This document shows, piece after piece, positions 1 through 9,447 of a stretch of 64,000 nt of DNA. Each line of letters starts with the position of its first letter. The stretch's first letter is position 1. Made by a program: the position numbers and the translations under genes. The notes below the pieces were generated by a model. The model saw only the letters and a program-made list of their open reading frames with translations, made no database searches and was not told where the DNA came from. The DNA comes from an uncultured Actinomycetes bacterium (GTDB taxonomy: Bacteria > Actinomycetota > JAICYB01): NCBI GenBank assembly GCA_963766295.1, contig CAVXYW010000002.1, positions 123,929-187,928 of the forward strand, written 5' to 3'.

Positions 1-334
1 CGGGCATCAGCCCTAGGAGCGCAAGGGTACCGCCGTAAAGGAAGAGTTCGAACTGCACATGAACGACGGGCGCTCTCGTAGCTTTGGCGGCTGCAACGGC
101 ATCGACCAGCGCTGTAGCTCCACGGCGAAACGTGCGCCGGACGTAAACCGGTCCGTCGTGCTCCCGTATCGGTTCTTCTTCCGGGTCGTACGGGCAAACA
201 ACATCCACCGCGGCGCCCGCGTCGACCAAGCCCTTGGCGAGATTGGCGGTATACGACGCCACACCGCTGCGTCCGGCGTGCTTAGACGCCGGGGGCGGAT
301 AGAGCGAAACGATCGCAACGTCTGCGTTTTGCAT
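1..334 (-). CDS. Glycosyltransferase family 4 (N-terminal part, runs off the window)
   Basis: Not in ORF track. Manual translation from ATG at 334: MQNADVAIVSLYPPPASKHAGRSGVASYTANLAKGL...VHVQFELFLYGG, open to the edge. YPP...GVASYT and HVQxE are typical of a GT4 N-terminal domain. Follows the GT2 gene. Confidence 0.75.
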   Translation of the reverse strand, partial: MQNADVAIVSLYPPPASKHAGRSGVASYTANLAKGLVDAGAAVDVVCPYDPEEEPIREHDGPVYVRRTFRRGATALVDAVAAAKATRAPVVHVQFELFLYGGTLALLGLMP

Positions 335-352
335 GGCGTAAGCGGATCGGGG

Positions 353-1111
353 CTATGTAGCCGTGCCGGAGGAGACAAGCTCGTCGGGAACGGTGGCGGG
401 TTCGCTCGGGACGGGAATGGTCTTGTGGTGCAACCACAGACGAAGCGCGGACACGGCCATCTGGGTTGCGTCCGATGCGGCGTTCACGTGGCTTCCGTCC
501 CGGTCGATCCAGATCGTGGGGACCTCGACGATGTTGAACCCGAGTCGGCGTGCGGTCACGAGAAGGTCCACGTCGAAGAGAAAGTCGCGCGATGACAAGA
601 GCGGGATCACGCGCCGCACGACTTGGCGCTGGAGAACCTTCGCTCCACACTGCGTGTCGGAGTACGGAAGAGCAAACATCCCGCGGACGAGCATCGAGAA
701 TGTCGCGCTGGTCACACGCCTGCCGAACGACCGTTTGGTAGGCAACACGGACGCCGGGTGATGGCGCGTCGCGATCGCCCCATCAGCAAATCGGGCCGCT
801 TCCACGAGTCGCAGAAATTCAGCAGGTGGCGTGGCGCAATCGGCGTCGGTAAATCCGATCAGCTCGGCGTTACTGGTTCTGAAGGTCTCCATGAGGACGC
901 CGCCTTTGCCGAGCTTCGGGTAGAGCAGCATGTCAACGCGATCGTCGGCCAACATGTGTTCGCGAACGACGTCGACCGTCCGGTCGGTGCATCGGTCGAG
1001 CGCAACGATGAAGCGTGTGTCCGGATCGTCACAGCGCACCCGGTACGCGTGCAGCGTCCGTCCGATGCGCTGTTCCTCGTTGTGAGCAGGAATTACCACG
1101 TCTAGGCGCAA
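353..1111 (-). CDS. Glycosyltransferase family 2 (dolichyl-phosphate glucosyl/mannosyltransferase-like)
   Basis: VVIPAHNE, GKGG, FTDAD, DTQCGAK and FDVDLL motifs. Start moved to TTG at 1111, which has a GAGGAGG RBS 7 nt upstream. Confidence 0.88.
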   Translation of the reverse strand: MRLDVVIPAHNEEQRIGRTLHAYRVRCDDPDTRFIVALDRCTDRTVDVVREHMLADDRVDMLLYPKLGKGGVLMETFRTSNAELIGFTDADCATPPAEFLRLVEAARFADGAIATRHHPASVLPTKRSFGRRVTSATFSMLVRGMFALPYSDTQCGAKVLQRQVVRRVIPLLSSRDFLFDVDLLVTARRLGFNIVEVPTIWIDRDGSHVNAASDATQMAVSALRLWLHHKTIPVPSEPATVPDELVSSGTAT

Positions 1112-1269
1112 GAAGGATCCTCCTCGGCGTCTCGGCTGCCCGGTCTTGACCTTGCTGACACCTGACTCACCACACTTCTTCCCCGTGGCTTGTTGCGGAG
1201 CGTGCGGTGTCCTTCTCGACGTTCCGTCTCGGGGGCCGAGTGCCCTCGCGTTCAAACCTCTAAACATGA

Positions 1270-1301
1270 CCAGGTCAACGCGTTGCAGACGTGTGACCTG
1301 G
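1270..1301. repeat. Inverted repeat / hairpin CCAGGTCA...TGACCTGG in a divergent intergenic region
   Basis: 8-bp perfect arms (1270-1277, 1294-1301) plus inner imperfect pairing CGCGTT/GACGTG. Confidence 0.55.
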
Positions 1302-1344
1302 GCGTTTCTCGTGTCTTAGCGCCGCGAGCGTTACAGAAAGTGTC

Positions 1345-1364
1345 CGACTCTTAATCGACTCTTA
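1345..1364. promoter_or_regulatory. Direct repeat CGACTCTTA x2 with 11-bp period (candidate regulator site)
   Basis: Copies at 1345-1353 and 1356-1364 in an AT-richer stretch between divergent genes. Confidence 0.4.
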
Positions 1365-1489
1365 TGTACTAAGCCGGTTAAAGCCGTTCGCTTCCTCTCG
1401 CGGTAGAAGGGTCCAAAGCTGAAGCATTGGACCCTTCTGTCGCTCGTTTCACTCGCGGTAGCATCGCCGAACGCATCGGGGGAGGAGAT

Positions 1490-3070
1490 ATGGGCGATCG
1501 GGATCTCGTCGTAAAAGAACTCGTTTACCACCGTCAGTTGTTACCAGCAGTTGAACGTTTCGCTACGAAGACAGCAATGATCGACGGCCCGTACAGAGCC
1601 ACGTACGAAGAGCACTTCGAACGTGTGTGCCGGTTGGCCAACGCTCTGGGCTCCGAGCTCGGCGTGAAACGCGACGATCGCGTCGGCATCCTCGCCCTGA
1701 ACAGCCATGCCTTCGTGGAGCTCTACCAGGCCTGTTTCATGGGTGGCGGGATCATCAACGGGCTGAACATCCGCTTGGCCCCCAAAGAGCTCGAGTTCAT
1801 CCTCCAGGACTCCGGCTCCAAGGTCGTCCTGACCGACCCGTTCTTCGCCGCCGTCATCGAGCAGATTCGTCCCAACCTCCCCGACCTCGAGAAGGTCGTG
1901 CTCATCGGTGAAGGCGACGCGGCGCACGATGTCAGGTACGAGGATCTTCTCGAGGCAGGGAGCACCGACGTCCCACGGGAGACCGAAGAGTCGGATCCCG
2001 TGATCCTCAACTACACGGGAGGAACAACCGGCCTGCCGAAGGGCGTACTTATCGATCAGCGTGCCGGGACTCTTCACAACTACCGCGTGTTCTTGTCGAT
2101 CAAGATCGATAAGGACGAGATCTATCTGAACCAAACACCGATGTTCCACGGCGCGTCCGTGTTCAGCGTGCTCGGAACCGCAACCATCGGTGGAACGCTT
2201 GTTTCGATACCGGCGTTCGACCCGAAGGTCGTCATGGACGCCATCGAGACTCACCAGGTGTCGGGAACGACCATGGTTCCGACGATGATCGGGATGATGT
2301 TCCAGCACCCCGATTTCGATCCGAAGCGGCTGGCTTCGCTGAACCTGCTTGCCTACGGCGCTTCGCCCATGCCTGAGGCGCTGCTGAACAAGATCATGGA
2401 AGCGCTGCCTCAGGTCGAGCTATATCAGGCCTACGGAATGACCGAGGCGACGGCGGTTACCACCGTCCTCACTCCGGAAGATCACAAGCGCGGTGGACAG
2501 CTCCTACGTTCGGCCGGCCGTGCCGTTCCCGGGATCCAACTGACGATCCAAGATCCGGACGGAAACGTCCTTCCGGCCGGCGAGGTCGGCGAAGTCTGCA
2601 TGACGTCCGGCTCGTATCTGCGCGAGTACTGGAAACGTCCGAAGGAGACGGCCGAGACGTTCCGCGGCGGGTGGTACCACTCAGGCGACGCCGGCTACCT
2701 GGACGAAGAGGGTTATCTGTACCTCGTCGACCGCGTGAAGGACATGATCGTGTCCGGGGGCGAGAACATCTACACGAGCGAGGTCGAGAACGCGATCTCG
2801 AAGTTCCCCGGCGTTGCCCAGTGCGCGGTCATCGGTATCCCGAGTGAGGAGTGGGGCGAGGCGGTACACGCCATCGTCGTTCTCGCCGAAGGAGTCGAAG
2901 CGACGGAAGAAGCGATCATCGCCCACTGCCGCGATTGGATCGCCGGTTACAAGGTTCCCAAGTCGGTGGACTTCCGGACGGAGCCGCTGCCGCTATCGGG
3001 TGCGATGAAGATCTTGAAGCGAGATCTGCGCGCGCCTTTCTGGAAAGGCAAGGAGCGCAAGGTCAATTAG
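1490..3070 (+). CDS. Long-chain fatty acid/acyl-CoA ligase (AMP-binding)
   Basis: YTGGTTGLPKG, YGMTE, SGD, DRVKDMIVSGGENI motifs. GGAGGAG RBS before ATG 1490. Confidence 0.92.
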   Translation: MGDRDLVVKELVYHRQLLPAVERFATKTAMIDGPYRATYEEHFERVCRLANALGSELGVKRDDRVGILALNSHAFVELYQACFMGGGIINGLNIRLAPKELEFILQDSGSKVVLTDPFFAAVIEQIRPNLPDLEKVVLIGEGDAAHDVRYEDLLEAGSTDVPRETEESDPVILNYTGGTTGLPKGVLIDQRAGTLHNYRVFLSIKIDKDEIYLNQTPMFHGASVFSVLGTATIGGTLVSIPAFDPKVVMDAIETHQVSGTTMVPTMIGMMFQHPDFDPKRLASLNLLAYGASPMPEALLNKIMEALPQVELYQAYGMTEATAVTTVLTPEDHKRGGQLLRSAGRAVPGIQLTIQDPDGNVLPAGEVGEVCMTSGSYLREYWKRPKETAETFRGGWYHSGDAGYLDEEGYLYLVDRVKDMIVSGGENIYTSEVENAISKFPGVAQCAVIGIPSEEWGEAVHAIVVLAEGVEATEEAIIAHCRDWIAGYKVPKSVDFRTEPLPLSGAMKILKRDLRAPFWKGKERKVN

Positions 3071-4104
3071 CTGTACTTCAGCTGATCGAAGGTGCACTCC
3101 TCCGGCGTCTTGTCGTCCCGCCAACGCACGAACCCCGCCGCGTGACGGAACCGTTGCCCGCCCTGCGCGTAGTCATACGTAACCTCGCACACGAGCTTCG
3201 GTTCGAGTGAAACCCAGTCGTACTCCTTCGTTCCCGTCCACCGGCTCTGTGCTCCCGGCCCCCAATCCTCGGGGTCGCCGAACCCCTCACCGGTCTTATT
3301 CCGCAACGGGTCGAGCTTCTTCACCAGTTCCTTGCGTTCCTTCGCGCCAAAGGACGACGTGTGCCCGATGTATCGAAGCTGACCTTCGTCATATAGGCCG
3401 AGAAGCAGCGAGCCGACGCCGCCGTGTTTGTGCGTCCGGTATCCGCCGACGACGCAATCCGCGGTTCGCTTGTGCTTGATCTTGAGCATCAGGCGTTTGT
3501 TCGGTGAGTAGGGCAGCGTGAGATTCTTCGCGATGATCCCGTCGCAATTCACCTTTTCGAGCTCGTCGAACCATTGCGTCGCGACGTCCGCATCGCGCGT
3601 GCACGGCGTGAGATGGAACGTCGGCGCAGGCAGGACGGCCGGATCGCCGGGTTTGCGCGGACGGGTCTTACCGAAGACGTCCTCCAGCACCTTCAGCCGC
3701 TCGGACAACGGCTCGTCGCACAGGTTCTTCTTCGTCCCGAGGATGTCGAACAAGACGAAGCTCGCCGGTGTCTGTTCGGCCAGCATGTTCACTCGCGACG
3801 CAGCGGGGTGAAGGCGGTTCTGCAACGCGTCGAAGTCAAGGCCGCCCGGTGTTGGAAGGATGATCTCGCCGTCGACCACGCATGGGTCGGGCAGAGCGTC
3901 GCGCAGGAGAGCCTCGACCTCCGGGAAGTAGCGGTTCAGCGGTCGCGCGTTGCGGCTATCGATCTGTAGCAAGTCTTTGTCGCGATAGACGATCGCGCGG
4001 AAGCCGTCCCATTTCGGATCGTAGATCCACTCTTCGCCGCGCGGAACCTCGTCCTTGGCTTTGGCGAGCATCGGCTTCACGGGCGGATGAACGGGCAGTG
4101 CCAT
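3067..4104 (-). CDS. ligC: ATP-dependent DNA ligase, LigC type
   Basis: PMLAK, motif I (PKWDGFR), VDGEI, FDIL, KIKHKRTADCVVGG, GSLLLGLY, RFRH, WRDDK; about 345 aa minimal ligase. Confidence 0.9.
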   Translation of the reverse strand: MALPVHPPVKPMLAKAKDEVPRGEEWIYDPKWDGFRAIVYRDKDLLQIDSRNARPLNRYFPEVEALLRDALPDPCVVDGEIILPTPGGLDFDALQNRLHPAASRVNMLAEQTPASFVLFDILGTKKNLCDEPLSERLKVLEDVFGKTRPRKPGDPAVLPAPTFHLTPCTRDADVATQWFDELEKVNCDGIIAKNLTLPYSPNKRLMLKIKHKRTADCVVGGYRTHKHGGVGSLLLGLYDEGQLRYIGHTSSFGAKERKELVKKLDPLRNKTGEGFGDPEDWGPGAQSRWTGTKEYDWVSLEPKLVCEVTYDYAQGGQRFRHAAGFVRWRDDKTPEECTFDQLKYS

Positions 4105-4139
4105 ACTCCGATGGTCTCAGGTTTGAGGGGGAGCGTTCT

Positions 4140-5132
4140 ATGAGATACGTGGAAGCCGGTGGAGCAAAGATTTCCGTCATCGGTCTGGGGTGCTGGCAGT
4201 TCGGCTCTTGGGACTGGGGTTACGGAGACGAGTACGCACGGTCGACCTCGATCGAGATAACGCATCGAGCGCTCGATCTCGGCGTGAATCTCGTGGACAC
4301 GGCCGAGCTTTACGGGTTCGGTCGTTCGGAGAAGATCGTCGGCCAAGCCATCGCCGACCGCCGGGACGACGTATTCCTTGCCACGAAGATCACGCCCGTC
4401 CTACCTATCGCTCCGATCGTCGAGCAGCGCGCGAAGTCGAGCATCACGCGCATGCGCACGGGCAACATCGACCTGTACCAGATCCATTGGCCGAACCCGC
4501 TGGTGAGCGATGGAACCGCGATGACCGGCATGCGCAGACTGATCGACAGCGGCCTCGTGCGTCACGCCGGAGTAAGCAACTATCCGCTGTCGCGTTGGAT
4601 GTCGGCCGACCGTGCCCTTGGTCTTCCTGTGCTTTCCAATCAGGTACGTATGAACCTGGTCGACCGCCGTCCGCTAGTGGATCTCGTTCCCTTTGCACGG
4701 AGTGAGGGCCGAGTCGTGATCGCTTACAGCCCTCTCGCTCAGGGCCTGCTCGGCGGAAAGTACGACGCGAACAATCTTCCATCCGGGACGGCCCGTCGCT
4801 CGAACCCACTGTTCCTTCCCGAGAATCTCGAGCGAGCAGCGCCGTTGATCGATGCCCTTCGCGACGTTGCTGCCAGTCATCAGTGCACGCCGGCGCAGAT
4901 CGCGCTCGCTTGGGTCATCCGTCACCCGAACGTTGTGGCGATACCCGGGGCATCGAGCGTCGAGCAGGTGGAGGCCAACGTGGCAGCTGCCGAGATCGTG
5001 CTGAGCGACTCCGAAGCTTCACAGCTGGACGAAGCCGCGGATGCGTTCGAGCCGATCCGCGGAGCGGCTGCTTTCCGCGAGATGGCCGAGCAAGTGGTGT
5101 CCGGTCTGCGCGGGCGTTTGGGCCTTCGCTAG
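4140..5132 (+). CDS. Aldo/keto reductase
   Basis: GLGCWQFG, DTAELYG, ATK, DLYQIHWP, GVSN, YSPLAQG, IPGASS. Confidence 0.92.
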   Translation: MRYVEAGGAKISVIGLGCWQFGSWDWGYGDEYARSTSIEITHRALDLGVNLVDTAELYGFGRSEKIVGQAIADRRDDVFLATKITPVLPIAPIVEQRAKSSITRMRTGNIDLYQIHWPNPLVSDGTAMTGMRRLIDSGLVRHAGVSNYPLSRWMSADRALGLPVLSNQVRMNLVDRRPLVDLVPFARSEGRVVIAYSPLAQGLLGGKYDANNLPSGTARRSNPLFLPENLERAAPLIDALRDVAASHQCTPAQIALAWVIRHPNVVAIPGASSVEQVEANVAAAEIVLSDSEASQLDEAADAFEPIRGAAAFREMAEQVVSGLRGRLGLR

Positions 5133-5178
5133 CCAGGAACGTTACAGTAGGACTGTCACATATCACTCGGGGAGAGCG

Positions 5179-6369
5179 ATGACCACGACGCAGACCTTCG
5201 ATTGGCGCTCGCCGGAATTCCTCGCCGATCCCTATTCGCGCTACAAGGCACTGCGCGAAGCTGCGCCGATGCACTTCCGCGACGCAGAGGTCAGCGCTAA
5301 CGAGGTCGGCGGATACGTTCTCACGCGATACAACGACATGGTCGTCGCGCTGCGTGACCACGATCGTTTCTCCGCCGAGCGCCAAGGCGGACCGCAGATC
5401 GACAACGACATCCCGCGCTCGATGCTCGGCTCCGACCCACCGCACCACACGAGACTGCGGACGCTGGTGAACAAGGCTTTCACGCCGCGGATGATCGAAC
5501 GGTGGCGCACGCGTGTCGGGGAGATCGTCGACGCTTGGCTCGACCGCGCCGAACCGCATGGCGAGTTCGACGTCATTGCCGACTTCGCCTATCCACTGCC
5601 GATCACGGTCATCTCGGAGATGCTCGGCGTCGACCCCGAGGACCGCGAGCTCTTCAAAGAAGCGTCGAACAAGATCGCCGTTGCTCTCGGTCCGATCGAC
5701 GACATGGCCATCGCTATGAAGGCGATGGAAGGACGCAATCAGCTGCTCGAGTATTTCCGAGAGGTTCTGCCGGCGCGCCGCGCGGAGCCGCGCGACGACC
5801 TAATGTCCGCACTCATAGCCGCGGAGGACGAAGGCGACCGTCTAACGCACGGTGAGTTGCTAGCGATGCTCCTGCTGCTGCTCGTCGCCGGTCACGAGAC
5901 GACCGTCAATCTCATAGGCAACGGTCTGCTCGCTCTGTTGCGCAATTCGGACCAGCTCGAGCGTCTCCGAACCGAAAACGGGATCGAGAAGAAGGCGGTC
6001 GAGGAACTCCTTCGCTACGACTCTCCCGTGCAGTTCACGGGGCGAGTTGTCGTGCAGGAGACAGAGATCGCCGGGAGGACATTTCAGCCCGGCATGTTCG
6101 TCACGTGCCTGCTCGGCTCGGCCAACCGCGACCCCGAGGTCTTCACCGACCCCGACACGCTCGACATAGGACGGGACCCTTGTCCCCACCTGTCCTTCTC
6201 GGCCGGCATCCACTACTGCTTGGGAGCCCAGCTTGCACGTCTGGAAGGTGAGATCGCGCTGTCGACGATCGTCCGGCGCTTCCCGAAGCTTGCCCTGACG
6301 GACGCACCGCTGGAGTGGCGTCCTGCGCCGATCCTGCGCGGTCTCGTAGCGCTGCCCGTGATCTTCTAG
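5179..6369 (+). CDS. Cytochrome P450
   Basis: DPPHHTRLR, AGHETT, EELLR, heme loop FSAGIHYCLG. Confidence 0.95.
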   Translation: MTTTQTFDWRSPEFLADPYSRYKALREAAPMHFRDAEVSANEVGGYVLTRYNDMVVALRDHDRFSAERQGGPQIDNDIPRSMLGSDPPHHTRLRTLVNKAFTPRMIERWRTRVGEIVDAWLDRAEPHGEFDVIADFAYPLPITVISEMLGVDPEDRELFKEASNKIAVALGPIDDMAIAMKAMEGRNQLLEYFREVLPARRAEPRDDLMSALIAAEDEGDRLTHGELLAMLLLLLVAGHETTVNLIGNGLLALLRNSDQLERLRTENGIEKKAVEELLRYDSPVQFTGRVVVQETEIAGRTFQPGMFVTCLLGSANRDPEVFTDPDTLDIGRDPCPHLSFSAGIHYCLGAQLARLEGEIALSTIVRRFPKLALTDAPLEWRPAPILRGLVALPVIF

Positions 6370-6425
6370 CGGGACTTCGGATTCGCCGACGTAGCACTGG
6401 TCGTCGGGCAGGAGCTTCGCCTCCG

Positions 6426-7760
6426 TTAGCTATCGCGCACGGCGAACAGCTGCCACTCATCGGGCACGCCCTTCAGCCGGCGGGCGCCACGATCGTCGAA
6501 GGATATCCCGGATCCCACGACCAAGTCCTTGACCGTACGAGAGCACCAAATCTCTTCACCCTGAGCCTCGTTTAGAACCCGAGCAGCGATGTGCACCGCC
6601 AAGCCCCCGATGTCGTCGCCGCGAAGCTCAATCTCACCGGTGTGAATGCCCGCTCTGATCCGGATCCCTATCTCACGGAGCGCGTCCCGGAGTTCCTGGA
6701 CGCAGCGGATCGCCTTACCGGGGCCATCGAAGGTGGCTAAGGCTCCGTCTCCGGTGCCCTTGATGAGCCGGCCCTTATAGCGATCGATCAGCGAGGCGGC
6801 GGCAGAGTCATGCTCATCGAGCTTCTGTCGCCACGCGCGGTCTCCGAGATCAGCGGCTTGCTCGGTCGATCCGACGATGTCGGTAAAAAGGACCGTCGCC
6901 AGGACCCGATCTCCCGAAGGTGCAGGTGCGTCTCCGGTCAGGAATTCTTCGATGAGGTCGAGCACGGGCTCATCGTCCCAAAGGTGGACGTCGCGACCGG
7001 GAACCTGAACGAACCGAGCCCCTTCGACGTGATCCGCGAGATAACGGCTCGAGCTCTCGTCGACGAATCGATTTCCTTCGCTGTGAATAACCAATGTGGG
7101 CACTCGGATCGTGGGCAGGATCGACCGGACATCGATCTGGCCCACGATGTGACTGCGCAGGGCGGCAGCCGTCGGAGTGATGCTTGCACGTTGCCATCTG
7201 GCGATGAAACGCCATTCGGATTCATCCCGATCGGGATGTGCCGTGCGGGCCCACTCTTCGCTACCCCATCCTTGGCGGATGGATTCCACCACAGCTGCCT
7301 GAGCGTCGGCCGTGTAGCCGAAGGGATAATCGTCACCGACTAGAACTCGAGGCGTAACGTTCCAGAGCACCAGAGCATCGACACGTTGTGGATATGTGGC
7401 TGCGAACAGCAGACCCCATAGGCCGCCGTCGACCTCACATAGAAGCGAAACGCGCTCGGATCCAACCGCGTCGAGAACTGTTAGAAGGTCGTCGTTCCAA
7501 TGTTCGTAGGTCGCGAGTTGCTCGGGCGGCATCGGATCGGACAGGCCCAATCCGCGCCGATCGAAGAGGATCAGCCGGCTGAACGTTGCCAGGCGTTCGC
7601 GCTGGCGAACGATGGCGGGAGACTCCCACTCGATCTCCACATTGCTCGCCATGCTCGCGAGCAGGGCCAGATCACGTGGTCCGTTGCCTACGGTCTGAAA
7701 GGCAAGCATCGCATCGCCGATGGCTGCGTACCTTGTCCGTGGAAGCATGGTCACGACCAC
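6426..7760 (-). CDS. Alpha/beta-hydrolase-fold + class III adenylate/guanylate cyclase (LipJ/Rv1900c-like)
   Basis: N-terminal FDRRGLGLSD hydrolase fold. C-terminal VLFTDIVGST, KGTGDG, RAGIHTGE, GLAVHIAARV. Confidence 0.9.
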   Translation of the reverse strand: MVVTMLPRTRYAAIGDAMLAFQTVGNGPRDLALLASMASNVEIEWESPAIVRQRERLATFSRLILFDRRGLGLSDPMPPEQLATYEHWNDDLLTVLDAVGSERVSLLCEVDGGLWGLLFAATYPQRVDALVLWNVTPRVLVGDDYPFGYTADAQAAVVESIRQGWGSEEWARTAHPDRDESEWRFIARWQRASITPTAAALRSHIVGQIDVRSILPTIRVPTLVIHSEGNRFVDESSSRYLADHVEGARFVQVPGRDVHLWDDEPVLDLIEEFLTGDAPAPSGDRVLATVLFTDIVGSTEQAADLGDRAWRQKLDEHDSAAASLIDRYKGRLIKGTGDGALATFDGPGKAIRCVQELRDALREIGIRIRAGIHTGEIELRGDDIGGLAVHIAARVLNEAQGEEIWCSRTVKDLVVGSGISFDDRGARRLKGVPDEWQLFAVRDS

Positions 7761-7870
7761 GATGACGCTTCAGGTAGGGCTTCGTCACCTAGGCCCGCAT
7801 AAAAAGTTCGCCGGACGAGGGGCGGACAAAGCTCACCCTCTCGGGTTCGTAGGGTCTAGATTCTTCAGCG

Positions 7871-9430
7871 ATGGAACGGCCCAAGAATGTCGTCTTCGTT
7901 CTGCTCGACAGCCTCAATCGCAAGATGCTCGCGCCGTACGACGTCGACGGAAGCAGCAATGAGTTCGACACCCCGAACCTCGATCGCTTCGCGAGCAAGG
8001 CGATCAAGTTCACGAACCACTACTCCGGCTCCCTTCCGTGCATGCCGGCCCGGCACGATCTGATCTGCGGAGCGTGGGACTTCCTGTGGCGTCCGTGGGG
8101 ATCGATCGAGATCTGGGAGGAAGCCTTCACCGATACGCTGCGCCGGTCCGGTGTCGCGACGAAGCTCGTCAGCGACCATCCGCATCTGTTCGAGAGCGGC
8201 GGCGAGAACTATCACGTCGGCTTCACCGCTTGGGACTACGTCCGCGGGCACGAAGGTGATCCGTGGCGGACGAGGCCCGATCCGAGCTGGCTCGGCACGC
8301 CGTCCTTCGGTCGCGGATGGATCCAATACGACACGTCCCGCGGATGGTTCCGCGAGGAGTCGGAGTTCCCGGGCCCCAAGACGATGACGGCAGCGGCCCG
8401 CTGGCTGGACGAAGAGGCGCCCGCTCACTCCGGCCGTGCGTCCGACGAGCTCCCCGAGTACGCGTCGACATGGGACCGCTTCCTGCTCTTCATCGACGAG
8501 TTCGATCCGCACGAACCGTTCGATACGCCCGAACCTTACGCGTCCATGTACGACGAGAGTTGGGAAGGGCCGCACTTGATCTGGCCGCCATACACGACTA
8601 GCGCCGTCGAACGCGGCGTGGTCACGCCGGAGCAAGCGCGTCAGGTGCGGGCGCAGTACGGCGGCAAGCTCACGATGATCGACAAGTGGTTCGGCCGGTT
8701 ACTCGAAGCGATGGACCGCAACGATTACTGGCGGGACACGGCGGTCATCGTCACGACCGATCACGGTCACTACCTCGGCGAGAAGGACGTATTCGGGAAA
8801 CCTCCCGTTCCCGTGTACGAAACGATGGGACACATCCCTTTGTTCGTCTGGTGGCCGGGAGCCGAAGCCAAGACCGTCGACGCACTCACTACGTCCGTCG
8901 ACCTATCGGCGACCATCGTCGACGCGTTTGGCGGAGAGATGAAGCACCGTACCCACGGCCGGTCACTCGTTCCGTTGATCACTGGAGAGCAAGAGTCGGT
9001 GCGCGACTGGGCGCTCTGCGGTGTGTGGGGACGCGAGGTGCATCTGCGTTGGGAGGGAAAGAACTACGGTCGCGCGCCCAGTGGGAAGAACAACACACCG
9101 ATGAGTTTGTGGTCGAACCGGTGGACGACGATGCCGGTATGGCGTTTCGACATCAAGCTGCCGTTGCCCGATGACCGGGCCGTGCTCGACAAGATGCCCG
9201 GCTCGACGGTGCCGGTGATCCGGCAGGTGTTCCAGGACGGTGACATGCTTCCGTTCTGGGCGTGGGGCGACTTCTTCGGCAACCACCTCTACGACCTGAG
9301 CACCGACCCTGACGAGAATGACAATCTCGCCGGGACTAAGCAGGAAAAGATGGCTGCAGACCTGCTGCGCGACGCGCTCAAGGAGGTCGAAGCGCCCAGC
9401 GAACAGTTCCAACGGCTCGGCCTGCGCTAG
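7871..9430 (+). CDS. Sulfatase (formylglycine-dependent, Cys type)
   Basis: LDSLN, CMPAR (CxPxR), PHEP, TTDHG, LYDLSTDP. Confidence 0.88.
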   Translation: MERPKNVVFVLLDSLNRKMLAPYDVDGSSNEFDTPNLDRFASKAIKFTNHYSGSLPCMPARHDLICGAWDFLWRPWGSIEIWEEAFTDTLRRSGVATKLVSDHPHLFESGGENYHVGFTAWDYVRGHEGDPWRTRPDPSWLGTPSFGRGWIQYDTSRGWFREESEFPGPKTMTAAARWLDEEAPAHSGRASDELPEYASTWDRFLLFIDEFDPHEPFDTPEPYASMYDESWEGPHLIWPPYTTSAVERGVVTPEQARQVRAQYGGKLTMIDKWFGRLLEAMDRNDYWRDTAVIVTTDHGHYLGEKDVFGKPPVPVYETMGHIPLFVWWPGAEAKTVDALTTSVDLSATIVDAFGGEMKHRTHGRSLVPLITGEQESVRDWALCGVWGREVHLRWEGKNYGRAPSGKNNTPMSLWSNRWTTMPVWRFDIKLPLPDDRAVLDKMPGSTVPVIRQVFQDGDMLPFWAWGDFFGNHLYDLSTDPDENDNLAGTKQEKMAADLLRDALKEVEAPSEQFQRLGLR

Positions 9431-9447
9431 GCCGTTAGACTCGCCGC

